A stretch of DNA of 5,062 nucleotides, from the IMG/VR virus record IMGVR_UViG_2698536505_000003. One strand, given 5' to 3'. Both the position numbers and the translations under genes were made by a program. How positions within the stretch are numbered: position 1 is the stretch's first letter; each line of letters opens with the position of its first letter. Below the pieces are notes generated by a model. It searched no databases, was not told the origin of the DNA, and was given only the letters and a program-made list of their open reading frames with translations. Source of the DNA: a virus. Lineage: Duplodnaviria > Heunggongvirae > Uroviricota > Caudoviricetes. Positions 1 through 5,062 of this stretch are shown piece by piece.

Positions 1-101
1 AAATATCTTTCCCCCTCCGGCGTGCTTACCACGAAGCCGCACGACTCCGCTGGCGCACATCGCCGGGCGTGCGCCAGAATCGCTGATTCTGTCTGTGTCA
101 T
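1..101 (-). CDS. K: Minor tail (tail-tip assembly) protein K, N-terminal 33 codons only; the gene continues beyond the left edge of the window
   Basis: Reverse complement from the ATG at 101..99 translates to MTQTESAILAHARRCAPAESCGFVVSTPEGERY, which I recognise as the N-terminus of lambda gpK. It lies 5 bp downstream of the L stop, in the lambda gene order H-M-L-K. Too short to appear in the ORF track. Confidence 0.8.
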   Translation of the reverse strand, partial: MTQTESAILAHARRCAPAESCGFVVSTPEGERY

Positions 102-106
102 GGGAT

Positions 107-805
107 TTACTGCGAAAGTTTGTTAATGGAAAGGAAGCCGCCAAAGTTGCCGACGTTATTGCGGAACTTACAACCGCTCAGGCATTTGCTGCATTTATCC
201 TTCGTGATATCGGACGTTGGCTGGTCATATTCATCCGCGACAGCCGGACCGCTATAACCGCACTCGTCACCGCGATAGGTCCAGGTGCAGGTGTTGGCCA
301 GCATGATACGTCCCGGAAAAACAGCGCCATCCGTTTCCGTCGGCGTGGACAGTACAAAGGAGGCACTCACCGCGCTCAGTTCGCTGCACTGCTCAATGCG
401 CCAGCGGCTGATCACCTCCTGCTCCGGATCGGCATAACTGTTTCCGTTGACGAAGTTCACCGCATCCAGAAAACGGGCGTAAACCTTACGCCGGACCACC
501 GTTCCGCCGACCAGACTCTGCATATCTTCCGCCATCCCGGTGACCATACCGTACAGGTTAGAAACCGTCAGCGTGGGGCGCGTACTGGTGCCTTTGCCAT
601 TCAGTTCAAAACCGCTCCCCTGAATGGGATACGGCTGATACTGTCGCCCCTGCCAGGTGACCGGCTCACCTTTTTCGTTCTGCTCATTACAGAAAAAATA
701 ACGTTCTCCACCGACCTCTGTCAGGTCGATTTCCCAGAGCACCACGCTGGCCGACTGCTCCGCACGGGTGCATTCATTCAGTGTTTCCTGCCGGATATCC
801 TGCAT
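107..805 (-). CDS. L: Minor tail protein L (tail-tip complex), intact, 232 aa
   Basis: ORF track 107..805 (-), 232 aa, MQDIRQETLNECTRAEQ...FLSINKLSQ, matching lambda gpL in length and sequence as I recall it. The start ATG shares one nucleotide with the M stop (TGATG on the minus strand). The C-terminal half carries the Cys cluster (C173, C182, C205, C208, C212). Confidence 0.9.
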   Translation of the reverse strand: MQDIRQETLNECTRAEQSASVVLWEIDLTEVGGERYFFCNEQNEKGEPVTWQGRQYQPYPIQGSGFELNGKGTSTRPTLTVSNLYGMVTGMAEDMQSLVGGTVVRRKVYARFLDAVNFVNGNSYADPEQEVISRWRIEQCSELSAVSASFVLSTPTETDGAVFPGRIMLANTCTWTYRGDECGYSGPAVADEYDQPTSDITKDKCSKCLSGCKFRNNVGNFGGFLSINKLSQ

Positions 806-1134
806 CAGTTCACCACCTGTTCAAACTCTGCGCTGAACTCAACACGCAGCATACTGACCCGCGACGACCATTTTGCGCAGGTCACCTTTATCTGCCGCCA
901 CTCATAAGGCGGCGTCCACAGAAAGGATTTCCAGCCCCCGTGCTCTTCCAGAAACGACTCCAGTACCGTGGCCTCCTCACGGGGGACAGAAAGCGTCACG
1001 CTGTACGTTTTCAGGTTGGCATTCAGCCCGGCAGGCGCTCGCTGAGAATAGCCATCACCAAAGCGCACCTTTCTTACAGAAGGGACCGAAGCCACATCCA
1101 TACCGGGTTTCACTTTCCAGCGGAAGGTCTTCAT
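805..1134 (-). CDS. M: Minor tail protein M, intact, 109 aa (copy proximal to the intact L)
   Basis: ORF track 805..1134 (-), MKTFRWKVKPGMDVASVPSV...EFSAEFEQVVN, matching lambda gpM in length and sequence as recalled. Its start overlaps the stop of the upstream H-derived frame (ATGA). Confidence 0.9.
   Translation of the reverse strand: MKTFRWKVKPGMDVASVPSVRKVRFGDGYSQRAPAGLNANLKTYSVTLSVPREEATVLESFLEEHGGWKSFLWTPPYEWRQIKVTCAKWSSRVSMLRVEFSAEFEQVVN
811..818 (-). promoter_or_regulatory. Shine-Dalgarno-like site for L (AGGTGGTG on the minus strand, 5 nt before the ATG)
   Basis: Reverse complement of 806..820 is ACAGGTGGTGAACTG followed by ATG at 805..803. The same motif recurs at 3314..3321 before the truncated L copy. 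Confidence 0.5.
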
Positions 1135-1808
1135 CGTCCACCTCCGGAGAACAGGCCACCATCACGCATCTGTGTCTGAATTTCATCACGGGCACCCTTG
1201 CGGGCCATGTCATACACCGCCTTCAGAGCAGCCGGACCTATCTGCCCGTTCGTGCCGTCGTTGTTAATCACCACATGGTTATTCTGCTCAAACGTCCCGG
1301 ACGCCTGCGACCGGCTGTCTGCCATGCTGCCCGGTGTACCGACATAACCGCCGGTGGCATAGCCGCGCATCAGCCGGTAAAGATTCCCCACGCCAATCCG
1401 GCTGGTTGCCTCCTTCGTGAAGACAAACTCACCACGGTGAACAATCCCCGCTGGCTCATATTTGCCGCCGGTTCCCGTAAATCCTCCGGTTGCAAAATGG
1501 AATTTCGCCGCAGCGGCCTGAATGGCTGTACCGCCTGACGCGGATGCTCCACCACTGGCAGCACCGCCAATGGCGCTGCCGATACTCCCGACAATCCCCA
1601 CCATTGCCTGCTTAAGCAGAATTTCTGTCATCATGGACAGCACGGAACGGGTGAAGCTGCGCCAGTTCTGCTCACTGCCGGTCAGCATCGCCGCCATATT
1701 TTGTGCAATACCATCAAAGGTCTGCGTGGCTGCACTTTTAACCTGCGACATACTGTCCGTGGCGCTCTCTTCCCACTCACTCCAGCCGGACTTCAGGCCT
1801 GCCATCCA
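1131..1808 (-). pseudogene. H: Orphan 3' fragment of tape-measure gene H (last 225 codons plus stop), duplicated copy without its own N-terminus
   Basis: The H frame WMAGLKSGWSEWEES...RDGGLFSGGGR* runs from the junction at 1809|1810 to the stop at 1131..1133. The ORF track extends it to 1862 only by reading out of frame across M-derived sequence (GTG start, MAADKGDLRKMVVAGQYV). Carries the variant Gly-rich patch GGAASGG. Confidence 0.75.
1141..1145 (-). promoter_or_regulatory. Shine-Dalgarno for M (GGAGG, 6-nt spacer), embedded in the 3' end of the H frame
   Basis: Reverse complement of 1131..1145 is GGAGGTGGACGATGA. Identical sites lie at 2102..2106 and 3644..3648 before the other M copies. 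Confidence 0.55.
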
Positions 1809-2095
1809 GACATACTGACCCGCGACGACCATTTTGCGCAGGTCACCTTTATCTGCCGCCACTCATAAGGCGGCGTCCACAGAAAGGATTTCCAGCCCCC
1901 GTGCTCTTCCAGAAACGACTCCAGTACCGTGGCCTCCTCACGGGGGACAGAAAGCGTCACGCTGTACGTTTTCAGGTTGGCATTCAGCCCGGCAGGCGCT
2001 CGCTGAGAATAGCCATCACCAAAGCGCACCTTTCTTACAGAAGGGACCGAAGCCACATCCATACCGGGTTTCACTTTCCAGCGGAAGGTCTTCAT
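1793..2095 (-). pseudogene. M: Duplicated M copy with replaced C-terminus: M residues 1-95 fused to SGWQA* (loses the last 14 aa of gpM)
   Basis: ORF track 1793..2095 (-), 100 aa. Identical to M through ...KWSSRVSM (codon 95 at 1811..1813), then crosses the junction at 1809|1810 into H-derived DNA out of frame. Confidence 0.8.
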
Positions 2096-2938
2096 CGTCC
2101 ACCTCCGGAGAACAGGCCACCATCACGCATCTGTGTCTGAATTTCATCACGGGCACCCTTGCGGGCCATGTCATACACCGCCTTCAGAGCAGCCGGACCT
2201 ATCTGCCCGTTCGTGCCGTCGTTGTTAATCACCACATGGTTATTCTGCTCAAACGTCCCGGACGCCTGCGACCGGCTGTCTGCCATGCTGCCCGGTGTAC
2301 CGACATAACCGCCGGTGGCATAGCCGCGCATCAGCCGGTAAAGATTCCCCACGCCAATCCGGCTGGTTGCCTCCTTCGTGAAGACAAACTCACCACGGTG
2401 AACAATCCCCGCTGGCTCATATTTGCCGCCGGTTCCCGTAAATCCTCCGGTTGCAAAATGGAATTTCGCCGCAGCGGCCTGAATGGCTGTACCGCCTGAC
2501 GCGGATGCGCCGCCACCAACAGCCCCGCCAATGGCGCTGCCGATACTCCCGACAATCCCCACCATTGCCTGCTTAAGCAGAATTTCTGTCATCATGGACA
2601 GCACGGAACGGGTGAAGCTGCGCCAGTTCTGCTCACTGCCGGTCAGCATCGCCGCCATATTTTGTGCAATACCATCAAAGGTCTGCGTGGCTGCACTTTT
2701 AACCTGCGACATACTGTCCGTGGCGCTCTCTTCCCACTCACTCCAGCCGGACTTCAGGCCTGCCATCCAGCTCCCGCGAAGCTGGTCTTCAGCCGCCCAG
2801 GTCTTTTTCTGCTCTGACATGACGTTATTCAGCGCCAGCGGATTATCGCCATACTGTTCCTTCAGGCGCTGTTCCGTGGCTTCCCGTTCTGCCTGCCGGT
2901 CAGTCAGCCCCCGGCTTTTCGCATCAATGGCGGCCCAT
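1810..2938. repeat. Inserted duplicate segment, 1129 bp, colinear with 3352..4480 (offset 1542); its first 961 bp are also copy 2 of the 961-bp unit
   Basis: Bounded by the two junctions (1809|1810 and 2936..2938). I found 3 mismatches to 3352..4480, at 2662, 2701 and 2771. Confidence 0.85.
2092..2937 (-). pseudogene. H: Orphan 3' fragment of tape-measure gene H (last 281 codons plus stop), second duplicated copy
   Basis: The H frame WAAIDAKSRGLTDRQ...GGLFSGGGR* runs from junction codon 2935..2937 to the stop at 2092..2094. The ORF track shows the part from internal Met 2820 (242 aa). No SD precedes that Met, and the upstream truncated-L frame terminates at 2904 in a different frame. Confidence 0.75.
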
Positions 2939-3308
2939 AACTGTTTCCGTTGACGAAGTTCACCGCATCCAGAAAACGGGCGTAAACCTTACGCCGGACC
3001 ACCGTTCCGCCGACCAGACTCTGCATATCTTCCGCCATCCCGGTGACCATACCGTACAGGTTAGAAACCGTCAGCGTGGGGCGCGTACTGGTGCCTTTGC
3101 CATTCAGTTCAAAACCGCTCCCCTGAATGGGATACGGCTGATACTGTCGCCCCTGCCAGGTGACCGGCTCACCTTTTTCGTTCTGCTCATTACAGAAAAA
3201 ATAACGTTCTCCACCGACCTCTGTCAGGTCGATTTCCCAGAGCACCACGCTGGCCGACTGCTCCGCACGGGTGCATTCATTCAGTGTTTCCTGCCGGATA
3301 TCCTGCAT
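2904..3308 (-). pseudogene. L: Truncated duplicate of L: residues 1-124 followed by 10 aa (GPPLMRKAGG) read out of frame from H-derived DNA
   Basis: ORF track 2904..3308 (-), 134 aa. Identical to intact L through ...NFVNGNSY, then diverges at the junction 2936..2938. Lacks the whole C-terminal Cys-rich half of gpL. Confidence 0.8.
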
Positions 3309-4480
3309 CAGTTCACCACCTGTTCAAACTCTGCGCTGAACTCAACACGCAACATACTGACCCGCGACGACCATTTTGCGCAGGTCACCTTTATCTGCCG
3401 CCACTCATAAGGCGGCGTCCACAGAAAGGATTTCCAGCCCCCGTGCTCTTCCAGAAACGACTCCAGTACCGTGGCCTCCTCACGGGGGACAGAAAGCGTC
3501 ACGCTGTACGTTTTCAGGTTGGCATTCAGCCCGGCAGGCGCTCGCTGAGAATAGCCATCACCAAAGCGCACCTTTCTTACAGAAGGGACCGAAGCCACAT
3601 CCATACCGGGTTTCACTTTCCAGCGGAAGGTCTTCATCGTCCACCTCCGGAGAACAGGCCACCATCACGCATCTGTGTCTGAATTTCATCACGGGCACCC
3701 TTGCGGGCCATGTCATACACCGCCTTCAGAGCAGCCGGACCTATCTGCCCGTTCGTGCCGTCGTTGTTAATCACCACATGGTTATTCTGCTCAAACGTCC
3801 CGGACGCCTGCGACCGGCTGTCTGCCATGCTGCCCGGTGTACCGACATAACCGCCGGTGGCATAGCCGCGCATCAGCCGGTAAAGATTCCCCACGCCAAT
3901 CCGGCTGGTTGCCTCCTTCGTGAAGACAAACTCACCACGGTGAACAATCCCCGCTGGCTCATATTTGCCGCCGGTTCCCGTAAATCCTCCGGTTGCAAAA
4001 TGGAATTTCGCCGCAGCGGCCTGAATGGCTGTACCGCCTGACGCGGATGCGCCGCCACCAACAGCCCCGCCAATGGCGCTGCCGATACTCCCGACAATCC
4101 CCACCATTGCCTGCTTAAGCAGAATTTCTGTCATCATGGACAGCACGGAACGGGTGAAGCTGCGCCAGTTCTGCTCACTGCCGGTCAGCATCGCCGCCAT
4201 ATTCTGTGCAATACCATCAAAGGTCTGCGTGGCTGCACTTTTTACCTGCGACATACTGTCCGTGGCGCTCTCTTCCCACTCACTCCAGCCGGACTTCAGG
4301 CCTGCCATCCAGTTCCCGCGAAGCTGGTCTTCAGCCGCCCAGGTCTTTTTCTGCTCTGACATGACGTTATTCAGCGCCAGCGGATTATCGCCATACTGTT
4401 CCTTCAGGCGCTGTTCCGTGGCTTCCCGTTCTGCCTGCCGGTCAGTCAGCCCCCGGCTTTTCGCATCAATGGCGGCCCAT
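2939..4480. repeat. Distal copy of a 1542-bp tandem duplication (3' half of L through the H 3' region); 2939..4312 is colinear with 436..1809 (offset 2503)
   Basis: The L, M and H translations are identical between the two blocks except at the variant positions. At least 9 mismatches found between 436..1809 and 2939..4312. Confidence 0.85.
3308..3637 (-). CDS. M: Minor tail protein M, intact, 109 aa (copy directly downstream of the full-length H)
   Basis: ORF track 3308..3637 (-), protein identical to the 805..1134 copy. One synonymous difference (3352 a vs 849 g). ATGA overlap with the H stop, and GGAGG at 3644..3648. Confidence 0.9.
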   Translation of the reverse strand: MKTFRWKVKPGMDVASVPSVRKVRFGDGYSQRAPAGLNANLKTYSVTLSVPREEATVLESFLEEHGGWKSFLWTPPYEWRQIKVTCAKWSSRVSMLRVEFSAEFEQVVN

Positions 4481-5062
4481 TTTGCCCGTTGCTGCTGTGC
4501 GAATTTATCCGCCTGCTGCGCCAGCGCGTTCAGGCGCTCCTGATACGTAACCTTGTCGCCAAGTGCAGCCAGCTGGCGTTTGTACTCCAGCGTCTCATCT
4601 TTATGCGCCAGCAGGGATTTCTCCTGTGCAGACAGCTGGCGACGTTGCGCCGCCTCCTCCAGTACCGCGAACTGACTCTCCGCCTTCCACAAATCCCGGC
4701 GCTGCTGGCTGATTTTCTCATTCGCTCCGGCATGCTTCTCCAGCGTCCGGAGTTCTGCCTGAAGCGTCAGCAGGGCAGCATGAGCACTGTCTTCCTGACG
4801 ATCGCCCGCAGACACCTTCACGCCGGACTGTTTCGGCTTTTTCAGCGTCGCTTCATAATCCTTTTTCGCCGCCGCCATCAGCGTGTTGTAATCCGCCTGC
4901 AGGATTTTCCCGTCTTTCAGTGCCTTGTTCAGTTCTTCCTGACGGGCGGTATATTTCTCCAGCGGCGTCTGCAGCCGTTCGTAAGCCTTCTGCGCCTCTT
5001 CGGTATATTTCAGCCGTGACGCTTCGGTATCGCTCTGCTGCTGCGCATTTTTGTCCTGTTGA
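3634..5062 (-). CDS. H: Tail tape-measure protein H, C-terminal 475 codons; the frame is open to the right edge, so the N-terminus lies outside the window
   Basis: ORF track 3634..4878 (414 aa from an internal Met). My hand translation of 4879..5061 continues the same frame without a stop (...RLQTPLEKYTARQEELNKALKDGKILQADYNTLMAAAKKDYEAT...). Q/A/E/K/R-rich coiled-coil-like region, then a Gly-rich segment and the C-terminus GGLFSGGGR, as in lambda gpH. Confidence 0.9.
   Translation of the reverse strand, partial: QQDKNAQQQSDTEASRLKYTEEAQKAYERLQTPLEKYTARQEELNKALKDGKILQADYNTLMAAAKKDYEATLKKPKQSGVKVSAGDRQEDSAHAALLTLQAELRTLEKHAGANEKISQQRRDLWKAESQFAVLEEAAQRRQLSAQEKSLLAHKDETLEYKRQLAALGDKVTYQERLNALAQQADKFAQQQRAKWAAIDAKSRGLTDRQAEREATEQRLKEQYGDNPLALNNVMSEQKKTWAAEDQLRGNWMAGLKSGWSEWEESATDSMSQVKSAATQTFDGIAQNMAAMLTGSEQNWRSFTRSVLSMMTEILLKQAMVGIVGSIGSAIGGAVGGGASASGGTAIQAAAAKFHFATGGFTGTGGKYEPAGIVHRGEFVFTKEATSRIGVGNLYRLMRGYATGGYVGTPGSMADSRSQASGTFEQNNHVVINNDGTNGQIGPAALKAVYDMARKGARDEIQTQMRDGGLFSGGGR

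Larger units (their letters stand above)
849..1809. repeat. Copy 1 of a 961-bp direct repeat unit (5' 286 nt of M plus 3' 678 nt of H)
   Basis: 849..1809 aligns base for base with 1810..2770 (offset 961) and with 3352..4312 (offset 2503), apart from the differences listed in the findings. Confidence 0.85.

Noticed and set aside
178-366. Short minus-strand ORFs nested in alternative frames inside L and H (178..366, 1370..1594, 2331..2555, 3873..4097, 4530..4733)
   Set aside because: Out-of-frame overlaps within well-supported genes; repeated only because the underlying DNA is duplicated. No independent evidence of coding.
95-907. 270-aa plus-strand ORF, and the similar plus-strand ORFs at 781..1179, 873..1538, 1834..2499, 3284..3682, 3376..4041, 1522..1818, 2483..2953, 4025..4543 and 4489..5019
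   Set aside because: All lie antisense to minus-strand frames that translate to recognisable lambda tail proteins (K, L, M, H). Their products are low-complexity, Arg/Pro/Leu-rich sequences typical of the reverse strand of GC-rich coding DNA. Their recurrence simply reflects the DNA duplications. No start context or homology supports them.
1790-2950. An insertion sequence or transposon as the cause of the rearrangement junctions
   Set aside because: Both junctions are direct gene-to-gene joins between H and M or L sequence. There is no intervening foreign DNA, no terminal inverted repeats, no target-site duplication and no transposase ORF.
805-4480. The possibility that the kilobase-scale repeats are a CRISPR array or another short-repeat system
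   Set aside because: Repeat units are about 1 to 1.5 kb of protein-coding tail-gene sequence with no short repeat-spacer periodicity, and there are no cas-like genes.
1-5062. A novel defence, toxin-antitoxin or other accessory system embedded in the tail module
   Set aside because: Every substantial minus-strand frame is accounted for by K, L, M, H or their duplicated fragments. No additional cargo ORF, moron-like insert with its own promoter and terminator, or atypical composition island is visible.
3634-5062. The lambda G/GT programmed -1 frameshift site
   Set aside because: That site lies upstream of H in lambda (the G-T overlap) and would be beyond the right edge of this window; nothing here corresponds to it.

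Overview
This window is the reverse complement of a lambda-like siphovirus tail-assembly module, with every credible gene on the minus strand. Reading the minus strand 5'->3' it holds the 3' ~1.4 kb of the tape-measure gene H (3634..5062, N-terminus outside the window), then M, L and the first 33 codons of K (1..101). The unusual part is that about 2.5 kb of extra DNA sits between the intact H and the intact L. It is explained by two nested tandem duplications with sharp junctions at 1809|1810 and 2936..2938. These leave, between H and L: an intact M (3308..3637), a truncated L (124 aa plus a 10-aa out-of-frame tail), an 846-nt H 3' fragment, a truncated M (95 aa plus SGWQA), a 678-nt H 3' fragment, and a second intact M (805..1134). 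The copies are not identical: there is a clustered 6-nt patch in the Gly-rich part of H and several scattered SNPs, shared among copies in a way that does not fit a simple duplication order. I see no candidate defence, toxin or other novel system; the long plus-strand ORFs are antisense artefacts. All protein identifications rest on my recollection of lambda K, L, M and H and on translations done by hand, not on a database search.
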